Assembly: GCA_964016885.1 (NCBI GenBank)
Contig: OZ024743.1
Location: forward strand, 123,566,001 to 123,630,000
Source of the DNA: Eledone cirrhosa
Lineage: Eukaryota
Direction: 5' to 3'
DNA length: 64,000 bases
This document shows positions 25,310 through 38,850 of the stretch, piece after piece. Numbering within the stretch: the stretch's first letter is position 1; every line of letters starts with the position of its first letter. Position numbers and translations under genes: made by a program. The notes under the pieces are model-generated. The model was not told the DNA's origin. It worked only from the letters and a program-made list of their open reading frames with translations, and did no database searches.

Positions 25310-25610
25310 CAGAGGTGTGCAATATATACCGTTGGCGGGCCAATTTTGAACATTGGAACAACTATTAAGGTCATTAATATTTATTAAGCACTATTCCAAA
25401 GATTCACCACAACTTCTTTCCTTAACATGGAACTGGGAAATTATAACACACATAACCTTATCAGTGAAGCTCTTTAGTATAGATCAACTAACAGAAAATT
25501 GTATTACGGTTACGAAAAGAAAATTCTAAATAAGCCTACAAGGTAAAAATTTAAAACGGTAATTGCGGGTACTCCGACTGGTTTGCGGGCGGGATTGTTG
25601 CACGCCCCCG
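25310..25610. mobile_element. Non-autonomous hAT (Charlie-like) MITE
   Basis: Imperfect TIRs cagaggtgtgcaa / ttgcacgcccccg; exact 8-bp TSD gtttagat at 25302-25309 and 25611-25618. Confidence 0.85.
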
Positions 25611-26789
25611 GTTTAGATGAACTTAAATTATACATTGTACTTTTATCTGTATTTATTCTGACTCATATCTGTGTGTGTGTGTGCTTGCGTGCATGTATGT
25701 GTGATGTGTGTGTTTAATATTTTAATATTAGTAAAGTTTCCATAGTTATTCTCCTCGTTTTATGTGGGATTCTATATAGAATAATAGTATTATCAGAAAA
25801 TGTTTTTCTATCTAATTTTGCGGTATGTACTGTATGATAATGTGTTTCAGTGGCTTCCCATTGTAAGTGTATGGGAAACGGATATGAAAAAGCATACATG
25901 TGTGTCTGATTTAACTTTGTGAGTCATGGAGATTCGGTTATCGCATAAATGATATATTTTTTTCCGAATAAAAACTTAAATGTGACCGTCTTTTTGCAAA
26001 CTTAGATATTTGCAGGGGTTGTAACTAATATAAAGCTTCCATGTCCATTTATATACATGTATTTTAAATTTGCTTGAGTTAATCTTATTGAAACAGACCT
26101 TTAACAAATATTCGATCTAACAAATGATCACGGTGTTTATATCATATTATGTGTTTAAAATGTTAAAGATTCTTACATAACATTAGAACATCTTTTATAG
26201 TTTAAGAGCTGGCGACTTAATCAGTTTGATACTGATTTGCAGTAAAGTTTTACAAGAGATGGGGTATTGTTTGGTTATTGATTCATCGAGGGAATGTGTG
26301 AAAAAGGAGATAGAAAAGGAAATAAGGATAGAAGAACACAAGAAAAAAATAAAATGAAGAAAAAAATGAAATAAATCGCGTGAATATGTATGTACAATCT
26401 AAAATAGAAAGAAGTGATGAAAATAGATAAATATGAAAGTTAGTGACGAACAAATGCAAAAGACTGAGATAATAGGTTTGTTGCTTTGAGAAAGAAATGA
26501 GAACGAAAGATAGACAAAAATAGAAAAAAAATAATTGATAGTTATCTAGATATTTTCCTTTCCCTTGGGAGTATACATATTTTTCAATAATGCTTTAAGC
26601 TACATTTTATCATCCAACACGAATATTCAAACTTTTCAGCAATATAATACCCCCTAACCATCTAATATATCTGTTGTAGAGACCATTATCACTTTTCGTA
26701 GTACAACATAATGTTTTATAACTATCTAGCCATATATATATATATATTTATATATATATATATATATATGTTTATATATATATATATAT

Positions 26790-26834
<45 letters not shown>

Positions 26835-26836
26835 TT

Positions 26837-26963
<127 letters not shown>

Positions 26964-28499
26964 ATGGATAAAATATATCGATCGACTTTCGTCAAATCGG
27001 ACCGAGGAAACAATGTTTCTGCTAATACTCTCTATCGGTCGCAACTCCTGGTAGTAAAAGCAATGTGAAATAAAGTGCCTTGCTCAAGGTCATAACGCAT
27101 CGTATGTATGTAGGACAAAACAATAAATTTGGTGGGTGTAGTATAGTTGGTTAAATTGACCTTGTACATATCTTGTGAGAACTTCATTGATCATAAGCAA
27201 ACTCATCTCGAGTAGAATTTGAAATTAGAATAGTGAAAGGAAATCAAATACTCTAAGGCGTCCAACGTTCTACTGTTTTTCGCACTCTGCTGCTCTTCTG
27301 ATACTTAAAATAAAATGATGAAGTTTAGGAATCAGTATGGAAGGCACTCCCACCGCTACCACCATGTAATCACCACCTAAAAAACAAAAACAAAAATAAA
27401 ATAACAGAATCATTTTAAGTTGCTGTTAGGAAATACATTTGATATATAACGCTTATACCAGGAAACGGATGTTTACAGTCTCCCTCCACTTATTTACAGA
27501 TGAATCTTCGGTACTGCTTGGAATGGATGGAAGCCATGCCTGAAGATTTTTTATTTAGGAGAGAGCTATTCATTCACCTACTTGTCTTTACAGTAAAGAC
27601 TTCAAATCGTGTTCAAGTAGACAAAGCTTAAATGATTTAATAAGAAAAGGATTCATGCAAAAGGATGTCTAAATCTACCAGGAAAATTTAGTTTTAAGCG
27701 AGACCAAATATTTGATACTTCTATTAGCACGATTAACGCACTCAGGAAAAACATAAGCCTCACATCTTCATTTTTCATTCTTCCGTTAAAATTTTGTCCT
27801 TTTCTCAGGACGAGGGTAGTGCGCGTGACATGTTTAAACTCTATTGGATTGGTGAGATTAGAGTATTTGATAGTTCAGTTTGAAATTCTATAGAATGATG
27901 TTTATCTGAAAAATGTGAGCCGAGAGTGCAATCCAAATGATTACAGTTCAAAGAAAAAAGTACTATATAGAGTATTTTTAGTGAAGTTTGGGATTAGACA
28001 CAATAGAAATAATGACAAGAAAATAAGAAGCGTGTGCATTTAGTGTTGATATGCAAGAACCATTGTAGTAAAAAAGAGAACACAAAGAGTGATAACAAAT
28101 GTCGTAGCAAAGCGAGGGTTACAAGTCACATTATGCTAGAACGTGAATATTTACCAATATTTTCAATGCTTTTCTTTCTCACAGCTTCCCATCTATGTGT
28201 CTAATTTCAAAACTTCACACTAAATCCTCTGAATTACCCTCTCGACATTCAGTGATGAAGTATTTCCGATCTTCAAGAAAAACTCTAGACTTTTGGGTTC
28301 GATTTTGGCAATATCGTATATGTGTGGTCAACGTGAAAGAACAGCAGGCTTATCATTTTTAGCCAGTTTCAGTTTCGTATGTTCTTCGTTGTCATGTGAC
28401 CCACTTAGAGTTATATAAATGCTACAAAGTGTTAATGTGTCACGTAGGGGTATGTGTTTTGGTGGGGGTTGGGGATTTTAATCATTTTAATATAATCAT

Positions 28500-28915
28500 T
28501 ATTTGAAGTACCTAGGTAATTTGTGAGAGAAAGATTGTCACAGAGTGAAAAGTGGTATCATTTGTGAAAGCGTGTTCTATGAGAGAGACGCTTTGTTAAG
28601 GCAAGGAAGGGATTTTAGTTGATATAACCGAGCGCTATGAGTTGTCACATTAGGGTTGATAGACATTTCGACACACGCTACAATGGATTTGTCTGGTAGA
28701 AAAATCCAGTCTGAGAGATGGGAGATGAATAGCATTTATCTGAAACCCTGGTCAGACGTTCTCATACCTGATACGGTTGGAGGATAAGGTATACCGAGAT
28801 TAACAACTTGGCTTCCGCAGAGTTCCTCTAGAGTAGAGCTAGAGGCAACTGAATTGTAATGTAGTACAATAGATCTTCAGTCGATCTAGTTTGATGAAAA
28901 CAGTATATGGCACTA
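28500..28915 (-). pseudogene. Degraded Jockey/I-like LINE RT remnant
   Basis: YCFHQTRSTEDLL (~QYGFRxxRSTxDLL) and HAFTNDTTFHS (~YADDTTLH). Confidence 0.5.
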
Positions 28916-29454
28916 AGGAGATAAATAGACTCAAGTTGTTACTTATGTGTTGTTGTTTAGACCTAGCTCAGTGGTGATTTAGCAGTCATATTGTCAAATG
29001 CGTTTCACACGAGGTTATCACACATTCCATGCAACCTGAATATATCTACGCCTACATCCTATAATTAGTTACAATTTATAGTATATTAAGGGACCACGTT
29101 GGTTCGATGTGAACAGGAGATGGTTGTTTGAGATTGTTAGCATCACCTTCAAAATGGTGGAAATGAAGATGATAGTTTGGGTCTCGTCAGAATTGGAATA
29201 GTGCCCTTTATTTGACGCATTGTTGTGAATTTCTACAAGTTCATGCAGATATAAAGAAAGAACTATAATGAAAATAGGAAATAGGCGCTTGCACTTCGAG
29301 CATGATAGAATAGTTTAATGGTTAGTTTTTCATTTTATTCGGAAGAAATGACTGGAGGAATTTTTGCAATTGGCAGTTATACGCACGCATAGTGAGACAG
29401 GAAGTAGTGTGGGATGAGTTTTCTTGGTTGCAATAGGGAATCAAAGCAACCCGC

Positions 29455-29518
<64 letters not shown>

Positions 29519-29520
<2 letters not shown>

Positions 29521-29618
29521 GGGTATTCCCAAAAAATATATACACACTTCAACAGTATTCTGATAAATATTGCCTGTACAGGTAATCAAAGTGTGTATAC
29601 ATTTTTGGGGACATCCTG
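29519..29618. mobile_element. Tc1/mariner-type MITE
   Basis: cagggtattcccaaaaaatatatacacactt / aagtgtgtatacatttttggggacatcctg followed by TA; related remnant at ~51938-52001. Confidence 0.7.
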
Positions 29619-30118
29619 TATATGTATATCTGCATCCTTCAGATATTTCAGCACTGATTACAGAACTATCTTGGCTGAGGCGTGACAAGTAGAAACATTC
29701 CTGAAAATTAGTGAACATGCCCGTGTTGCAACTCAAAAGACCGGCTGCAGTTCGGGACGTGAGAGAGATAACAAGTCGTTTGATGCATTAAGGCATCTTT
29801 TGATTTCTTTTTTGTTATCTTGCATTCTCTGAGATGGTGGGTGAATGAATTTCAGTTGAGGGATTTCCTCCAAGTCTGTGATGTTCAATTATATAATAGT
29901 AGCGTATGAACTACTTGAGTTTTGAAGGCTTTGTGGAAGGACCTAGCTAAGAGGAGTCAAAGAGGAATCCTATTTATTTTCAAGAAACGTCGGCAGTGAA
30001 TCTGTGAAACTCAGATCATTTTGCTAATTTGAAGAACAGCGAACTCGAGTGTTTTCTTGATCAGACAGTAATCGCATAATGCACAGCAAATAAGTGAGAT
30101 AGCAGGGTGATGGTTAGA

Positions 30119-30170
<52 letters not shown>

Positions 30171-30429
30171 CATATTTGTATTTATCGTGGTTGTAGTATA
30201 AGTATAGCCACTGCCTTCGGTCGTTTTTCTTGGTGTCACTTTATTAACTTTTGTGTTTTCTCTGGACGATAATTATTAACTCCTCGCGCCATTAACTCAA
30301 TTAAAATCTCCTATATTGCCGCTACAACTTCGATTCGTACTCAATATATGTATATATATATGTGTGTGTGTGTATGTGTGTGTGAATATGTGTACGTGTA
30401 CGTGTGTGTGTTTGTGCATAGAACAATGG

Positions 30430-30747
30430 AAAAAAGACAGAAGTCAGAGGTAGGTAGTTAATTAGTTAATTGTTTTACGATCACTTCAGATGGTCGATTG
30501 ATCATGAAAGATCGATGTATCGACTAGCAGGGTAGTGTTTAGGTTACTACCTATTTCTAGTCTCAAAATTCAGTCTTTCTGCAGAAGACGGTCGATCGAA
30601 CATGAATTTCGAGACTAGAAATAGGTAGCATGCTAACCACTACCATGCTAGTCGATATATCGATCTTTCACGATCAATCGACCCTCTGAAACGATCTGAA
30701 AACAATGAACAAGTTAACTACCTACCTCTGACTTCTGTCTTGTTTTC
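30430..30747. repeat. Diverged inverted repeat (~140-bp arms)
   Basis: ~30430-30572 vs ~30602-30747. Confidence 0.8.
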
Positions 30748-30928
30748 ATGCACAAACCCTTATATGTAAATGACTCTGTAACCTGGGCGGATCTTCGAGG
30801 AAATCTTAAGCGGTGGTCACCTACTACAAAAACTACTGGTCATGCAATCTAATCTCGCCGCAACCATCTTTCCAAGTACACATTGAGTTCTACAAGGTTA
30901 TCAGCCCCACCACAACCAGGTGGAAAAT

Positions 30929-31300
30929 ATTAATTAAACATACAGTATATTATCAAATATACTATACATACATTAATATATATATCGTTATTTCAGAGCA
31001 CCAATACTGATATCTAACTTTTGCTGGACCGGCAACTGCTCTCTTTAATCAGTTCTTAAACATTACTGGAATTTTATAAGAATCCAGCTTCTATAATTCT
31101 CGGCGGAAGCGAAAGGGGTGAGTAATCTTGATAACCGCTAACGAGCGAGAAACTGGACTATCGATTACTCCCCTTTGTCACTACATTAAAATGTATAGCG
31201 AATGATCTTCAAAATGTTTTTAATTAAACATACAATATATTATCAAATATACTATATATACATTCATATATACATTGCTATTTCAGAGCACCAATACTAA
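30929..31300. repeat. ~80-bp direct repeat pair
   Basis: ttaattaaacataca...tttcagagcaccaatact at ~30929-31008 and ~31220-31298. Confidence 0.75.
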
Positions 31301-31421
31301 TATATATATATATGTGTGTGTGTGGGTGTAAGCATGCGAAAGGTAACCGCAAAACAAGAAGGCTAACAATACAGTACAATGCAGATATATATTAGTTTAA
31401 AGCTTGATATATTAAGCAAAT

Positions 31422-31462
31422 GGTCTTAGCATTTCGGAAGCTAGTCCTTCATCAGAAAATAG
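31422..31462 (-). ncRNA. Degenerate minimal HHR-like motif
   Basis: tttt-CTGATGA-agga ctagct tcc-GAAA-tgc-TA-aga; relative at ~9031-9065 (CAGATGA variant). Confidence 0.35.
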
Positions 31463-31984
31463 AATGAGAAATAAAAGACGATAAATAAGACTGAGAAGAG
31501 GAAGAAACATTAAAAAAATTGCGTGTATAATATGCATGTGTATGAGAGAGTTTTTGTGTATGTGTGTGTGTGTGTATAAAGATTATTTTTCAAGGCCAAA
31601 TGTGATTATGTATAGTTGTTAAAATAAAAGCTGATTAGTAACACTTTTTTATTGAGGTCAGAAGGAAAAGCTTTAGATGGAAACTGCACTATATTTTTCG
31701 AGTAGACCCCCTTTCCCCTACTTAATACCTGAATGCATCCCTTGTTACCCCACGTGAAGGACACTACCGTATGATTGCTTTTATTGCATCTGTTCATATT
31801 GCAGTTCTCGGTTGTCTAATTCACGCCAGTCACAAATTTGGTAATTTTCTCAGACTCGCTAAGACTAGGCTTTTTTTAAGCGGCCTGTTTTCGTCTCGTC
31901 GTACATCGCTGGGTTGTGATAGGAGGCATAGGATCGACGTACCAAAGTTGTGTAACCCGATAAGCTAAAGAGGGTCCAGACAGG

Positions 31985-32160
31985 GGCAAATTTTAACAAT
32001 TGGCAACTGGAACATTACAACTCTTACAGGTAAGGAGCAGGAACTAGTAAAAGATGCCAGATGTTACAAGCCAGATATAGACGGGGTTTCCTCAACAAAG
32101 TTCCGTGACTCTAGTACCGTAGACTTGAATGGAGGATGGAAGCTCCATTATTCAGGAATG
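31985..32160 (+). pseudogene. RTE (Rex3/Expander-like) AP endonuclease N-terminal fragment
   Basis: LTIGNWNITTLTGKEQELV...DIDGVSST...GWKLHYSG. Confidence 0.75.
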
Positions 32161-32163
32161 ATG

Positions 32164-32709
32164 TCAGAAATGACTGCATGGGTGGAACATGTTGTAGATA
32201 GTCAATAGCTTCCTAGTCTTCCTATCCATTTCTTTTTGTTCAGCAACATTCCATCTCAGAATTCCCGCACTGTACCTAATAATAGACACAGCTCGGGAAT
32301 TTACTGCGCTTATGGCATTTCTGCTGTTCAGATGTGACTTCAATACGCTCCTTACTCTCCGAATGTATTCAGATCTTATCAATTCCTTCATTTTTTTGTT
32401 CTTGGTGTCATCAGCCTCCAGAACACCCAAATACTTGTATCCTTCTTCAGTATCAATTTCCTTTATCATCTCACCTGTTGGTACCTGGATTCCGTTGCTT
32501 CTGCTCAATTTACCCCTCTTCATCACAAGGACTCCACACTTACTAATACCAAATTGCATACATATATCATTGCTGAAAATACGGACAGTGTCAACAAGCA
32601 CATCCAACTCATTCTCACTCTTCCCGACGAGCTTAAGATCGTCCATGAAGAGGAGATGATTGATGGTAAGCTCTCCCTTTCCCAACTTGTATCCTGCTCT
32701 CACTTTTCG

Positions 32710-32710
<1 letters not shown>
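32164..32710 (-). mobile_element. R4/Dong-like LINE RT fragment starting at an (AAT)n tract
   Basis: INHLLFMDDLKL, MQFGISKC, YKYLGVLE, DRKTRKLLT. Confidence 0.85.
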
Positions 32711-32767
<57 letters not shown>

Positions 32768-32984
32768 GAATGCTATGGTTGACGGAGGCTCGGCTCTGTA
32801 AGGTATTGTAAATTTTGACCGCTATAACAATTGTAAATTGTTTAAAACTTTAACCAACTTGTAGACAAAAACACCCTCCTCCTCGTGAGAGGGGTTTTTC
32901 TGCCCGTTATTTGACCTTTCGGGGTTAAATAACTGCTTATTGGGGTTTTGTGCCCAATATTTATTTTAAACAAAAAAAAACAAC

Positions 32985-34962
32985 ATGGCTACGAAAAAGA
33001 ATTTTCATAGGTCACTCCCACTCATTCCGTCTTCTTCTTCCTCAATTGTCACTACAGCAGAGAGAAGATTGTCTCTCTCCCTCCCTTCTTTAAATGTGTC
33101 TCTCCCCCCCCCCCTTCTCTTTCGCAAGCGACGACAGAAAAGAAAAGTCTCGTGCAAAGCGTGCAAGATTTCTCCACGACGACGACGGCAACAACGAAAC
33201 AGGTGTGCGGGAAATACGAAAACCCATTTCATTCGTCTGACGTCAGGAATAATAGCAGTAGCAGCCGTAATAACAACAGCAACAGTGACAATGAAAACAA
33301 CAGTAGCAGCCGCAACAGCATCAGCAGCAGCATAAACAACAACAGCATTATCAGCAGCAACAACAACAACAACCACAGCAACAGCGGCGGCGGCAGTAGT
33401 CGTAGTACCTGCAGCAACAACAAAAGTAACAGCAGCTCTGACGACAACAACAACAACAACAACAGCAAAGAAAAACCAATCTCGTTTGCAGGTATCGCGA
33501 AGAACCTGGAAACCATCCTCATAACAAATGAGAAATTAGAGGAAGCGAAGAAAATGGTGACAAAAACTGGACACCGAGCAATTTGCAAGGCAGCGGAAAA
33601 TTTTTTCGAAACCCAACAGCACTGTACGGTCACGTACCGTACAGTAAGTACAAAATCCCGTAGGGTTGAAAGAGCGACAGAGGCTCAAATACAAAAAGCC
33701 TTGGGGTCTGTGTGGCAGCGGAAAACGCACATCACCCGAGGCAAGAAATATGCCACCGTAGACGTACTTTTTGCCACACCCCAGGAGGCAAAGGCTCAAT
33801 CCTTAGTGACCCTAAGGAGCGAGGAAATGGTGTTGGTGCCCTCCTACTGCGGGCAAAACATTGTGAGGGTCAAACTGACCCACGCCCCCCCCCCCCCCCC
33901 CCCCCCCCCGGGATGGCCCCTTCTTGGCTGACCGCGTCTGTCCTCGTCGGAATCGAGGACAAAACAACTGTACTGCAAGTACAGAAAAAAGTAAGAGAAG
34001 ATTGGATCGGCACCTCCATTGAGATGTTAATCCAAACCAACCAGGAGTGCATCGAAGCTATTCCGGATGTGATAGACTTCGATAACGGCACTCAACTGCC
34101 CATAAGTATTGAGGGCAAACGCCCGAAATGCTTTTGCTGTGGATCGAAGACTCACCTCAGGGCCTTCTGCAACGAGAAGACCCTGAGAAAGGAGAAAACC
34201 CCCCTCCTTCCGAAACCGGCTCCACGGCTACCAGCAACAGGACAAGCGGCAACCAGGAACGATAGGTCCGTGGCACCCATACCCACGCCACGGAAATCAA
34301 AAACAGCAGCAGCAGTGGAAGTATTAACAACAACAACAGCAATACCAAATGCAGCTGCAACAGAGACTCCAGTGCAAACATCACCAACAACAAGTGAAAG
34401 AGTGGAGCTGGTACCCCTCCCCGACCTCACAGAATCAGACATGGAGTGTGAGGTGGGAGGGGGATGGCAAAAGGTCGTAAGAAGGCACAAACGCAGAAGT
34501 AGCGCATCGTCGCCTTTGAAAAGGGAGGAAAGAAATGAAAAAAGGGTAAAGTCTACTGCAAAGAGACTCACAGCAGCAACACCACCAACACCATCACAAC
34601 CCACACTAGCACCACCATCACCACCGGCGACAACCCCACCGCCAACAATACATTCAACACCACCACCACAAGCACCAACATCGCAAACACAACAACAAAA
34701 CACACACACCCAGCAACAACGACAAGAAAATAGCAGAACCACACGGCACCCCCAGAAAAACAAATGCACGGCAATAAATACACACAAGAAACTAATGACT
34801 TACATAATTGAACACACATACATTTCACAACACGACTACATAATACCAGCAACAATCAAAACGCCAACTAACATAAGACTGCTAAAAATAGCACAGAAAC
34901 AATACACAAACATTAAAACGAAATTCCCCAACGCAGTTGGTGATTTCAGAGACCAAGGGTAA
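32985..34962 (+). CDS. Tx1 ORF1 (gag-like, CCHC zinc knuckle), two frameshifts at C homopolymers
   Basis: Joined from ORFs 32985, 33152 and 33712; CFCCGSKTHLRAFC = CX2CX4HX4C; GGGWQKVVRRHKRR basic motif. Confidence 0.75.
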
Positions 34963-35137
34963 CTATCAACCGAAGAGTATATTCGGACATATTCATAGAA
35001 GAGCCGACGACCAGCCGAAGGGATGATTCAACGGTCCCTTCACCAGACGATCAAGTGAAAAGGGACGGAAAAACCATCCCTCCTCTACGAAAAGTACGGT
35101 AAGTGGTCTTTCCCATCTTTTCCACTCTATTTTAAAC

Positions 35138-38100
35138 ATGACCTCACTCAGAATAGGCAGCATAAATGCGCGTGGCTTGGGGTCGTCATGGAAGCAGGGT
35201 CACCTGCTCAACGCCCTCAGGTCACTAAACATAGATGTAGTGGCCATCAGCGAGACCAGAATCTCCAAAGCACGGGCCTTCGCATCGATCTTTGGCGGCT
35301 ACGATGTGTACGCATCTCCCAGCCGTCCTGGATCGGGGGGAGGAGTTGCTGTGCTTTTTCGGAGAGGTTTGGATCTCGCCATACGGGCCATCTTCCTGGA
35401 CCCAGAGGGTAAGCTGGTGGTGCTGGACGTGACCAGCGGAGACGAGCAAGCTTTCAGGCTAGTGGCCGTCTATGCCCCGACAGGAGCAGGGCGGCCTGAT
35501 TTCTTCCGGCGTCTGGAGACCTTTCTTGGAACGTCCCGCTCTTTAGTGTTAGTGGGCGACTGGAACGGGATCTTAGATGCACGCTGGGACTGTGTGGGAT
35601 TAGCGGATAGGGGTGGAGGGTGCAAGAGCCTCACCAACCTGCTCAGGCGTTTTGAACTGTCTGACAGGTACCGATTGGATTTCCCGAATGTGCCAATGTG
35701 GACTTGGACAAATCGTATAGGGTCATACAGATCATATCTAGATAGAGTATTTTGTAGGGAAATAGATAGGTCTAGCATAGGCTGTCCACAATTCAAGATA
35801 GTCAGCTACACGGACCACAAATTCGTGATCTGTGTGCTTGACTTAGATAGGCTTCATAGACGAGGACCCGGCTACTGGAAGCTAAACGCGTCCTTACCAG
35901 CGCGCAAGGCCTACAGAGACCCGATTAGCGAACTAGTTAAGCGGGCGTTGACGGGGGCCATCGTCAACAACAAGTGGTGGTTTGCTCTGAAAAGAGCGAT
36001 TAGAATAGAATCGATTAGGCTTAGTAAGGCTTTAGCAATAGAGAAAAATAGAGCAGAGGGAGAACTAGTTAGAAAATTAGACGAGGCGCTTAGCAAAGGC
36101 ATTGCGACCGACGTGCTTGCGGCGAAATTGGCCCTTAACCAATTCTTCAATGCAGAGCACGAAGGTTGCGTTGTCAGAGCAAGGGTGCGTGCTCTCAGAC
36201 ACGAGGGGACGAAAGCCGTTCAATGGGCCCGAGTGGCGGAGGCGCGTCGTGGCAACAAAGCCACGATCCGGTCTTTGGTGGACCACGACGGGCGCATGCT
36301 ACTCGATCCCGGGCAAATGTGTGAAGCTTTTCAGCGACACTTCGCTCAACTGTTCGGGGGCAGTGGTGGGCCGGGTCGAGGGATGGACTTTAGTGTCTAC
36401 CTCGACGGACTGCCGCGGCTCTCGGCCACTGAGGCGAGGTGTTGCGAAAAGCCGATAACAGCCGCTGAAGTAAGGGAGGCAATGACTGGCTGCACAAGGG
36501 GTAAATCGCCTGGTTTGGATGGTCTGCCCTATGAACTTTACGTACAGATGCTAGACTTGTTCGGAGGCCTCTTGGCAGACGTCTACTGCAACTGGCAAAA
36601 GAACGGGAGAATTCCCAGTTCTGTGAGCCGAGGAGCGGTGGCACTGCTGAGAAAGGATCCGAACAAGGGGGATAACATAGATAATTTCCGGCCCATAACT
36701 CTGCTAAACACAGAGTTCAAGATTTTGGCCAAGGTGCTAGCAAAGAGGTTGGCGCTTGTCATTGGTGGTCTGGTGGGAGAGGCGCAGACATGCGCCATTC
36801 CCGACAGATCCATCCACGACAACCTCCACCTAATGCGATACATCGTAGACAGGGTAGCTAGGAAACCTGGCACGGGTGGGTCCTTGATCAATTTAGATCA
36901 GTCGAAAGCTTTCGATAGGGTCGACCATCGTTACCTAGCGGCAGTCCTGAGGGCGGCTGGCTTTGGACCCGTCTTCAGAGGCTGGATCGCTGCCATGCAC
37001 AGCGACATCTGCTCTGTGGTGAGAGTGAACGGTCACCTGTCGGAACCGTTCAACATCATGCGCTCGGTCTTCCAAGGATGTTCCCTCTCGTCCCTCTTGT
37101 ACGTATTGACTCTCGAGCCATTACTGCACAAACTGGAGACGTTGAGGGGCGTCCCGCGCGAACTAGGATGCGGAAGATCCGCGTCAGCATATGTGGACGA
37201 TGTCACCGTAGTGGTGTCGAACGCCAAACACATCGAGGCGATCGGCACTACACTAAGAGAATACGAAGCGGTGACAGGAGCAATGATCAACCAGGAAAAG
37301 TCAGTCGGCCTGCAGCTCGGCACCTGGAGAGGCAGGCGATGCCGTCCAACAGCGTCGTCGGACGCTGGACGGACGGACCGGTTAAATTGCTAGGGGTCAG
37401 GTTCGGTCCGGACCTCCAGACGGACAAAAACTGGGACGAGGTGACGAGCAGGGTGGCTTCTCTCACCCAGAAATGGGCGGAGAGGAAGCTATCCCTGAAA
37501 GGTCGAGCGGAGGTGGCTAACGCGTACATCGCGTCTGTCATCTGCTACCGCCTGACCGTCGTACTTTGTCCTAAGCCTCGCCTGACTGCGCTGGAGCGTT
37601 TGCTCTTTCGCTTTTTGTGGAAGGGCCGCGCTCCGATGGTCAGGCGGTCCATCTGTTGTCAACACCCGCTACGTGGGGGGGATGGGCATGCCGTGGCTGA
37701 TGATGCGCAGGCACGCGCTCAGGCTACGACATCTCCACCTCTTCCTCGACGGTGATCAGGTGTGGTCGCCGTTTGCTAGACACGTATTTCCCCAGCTCGT
37801 TTCCTTGACGGAGCTGCAGTCCTGGGTCAAGCGAAGACCGAGAGGGGGCGCCTGGAGACTGGAATGTCTTCAGGCGCTCACAGCCCTCGACCAATCGGGC
37901 AATGTGATCGGTGGAAACTCCACCTCGGCGTTCTATAGAGGATTAGTGGAGGGGAAGAGCGACGACGGACTTGGGGAAACTCTAGGCGTCGACGAAAATC
38001 AACTAGCCAATCTCTACGGAAGAACTTTCGGGCCAGGGCCTATGGACAACTTCCAGAAATCTCTGGCCTGGCAGTGCTACCGAGGAGCCTTGCCAGTTCG

Positions 38101-38557
38101 GGATAAACTCTACAGGCATGGAGGTGCCGTCAACCGGGCATGTCCGAGATGCGCGCAGGGCGACGAAACCGTCCTGCACGCACTTGTCCAGTGTCCGAAA
38201 ATTACTGACTTGTGGGTTTATGTCGAACACCTGCTGTCGCGTGTAGGACGGATCCGGCTATCATCTGAGTCCATCGTGAGGATTGCCCCGCCCTCTTCCT
38301 TTAGCCAGGAAGGGCAGGCAGTTTTTATCTGTCTGGTGGCCATGGCGAAAGAGATAGTATGGTGGACACGTTTGAAAGGACTGAAGACGAGCACTTACCT
38401 CTTCGGTGATGCCCTGATTGACTTTTTCAAATTTCATTTGAAAAGGAAAATCAGAGTAGAGAGGGAAGTGCTCTCTTCCCAGCATTTTGTTGAAAGATGG
38501 GTGAGAGAAGCAAGAATGGCCCGAGTGAATGGGCCTACTCTGTGTATATATCTGTAA
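35138..38557 (+). CDS. Tx1 ORF2 (APE endonuclease + RT + C-terminal zinc finger), two frameshifts
   Basis: SINARGL, SET, VYAP, GDWN, SYLDRVF, TDH; GKSPGLDGLP, NFRPITLLN, DQSKAFDRVDH, QGCSLS, YVDD; CPRC...ETVLHALVQC. Frameshifts near 37335 and 37680. Confidence 0.92.
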
Positions 38558-38850
38558 ATTAAAGGTGGAAAACTGGGAGAGGGCACTTGCCTTGGTGGTC
38601 AGGGTCACTGTGACCTTTTACTGGGCTTTCTCCACAAATGTCCCTCCGAAGTCTCCCCCCTATTGGGGAATTTTTCATTGTTATTTTTTGTTACAGCCTC
38701 TGTTTTTGTTTTTTACACGCAGAAATGCCCATTTGTACCGTCCTGTATTGTCCTGCACTGTCCTTAATGTCTACTTTATGTAAACCCTTGTGGTTAATAA
38801 AGAAATCATTATTATTATTATTATTATTATTATTACTGAGAGGTTCCTCC

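Larger units (their letters stand above)
32768..38807 (+). mobile_element. Near full-length Tx1-clade (L1 group) LINE inserted in (ATT)n
   Basis: 5'UTR, ORF1, ORF2 and 3'UTR ending aataaagaaatc; (ATT)n at 32711-32767 and 38808-38835. Confidence 0.93.

Noticed and set aside
27480-27600. Candidate host exon (ttacag...gtaaag)
   Set aside because: Splice-like signals only; the peptide is unrecognised and no partner exons were found.
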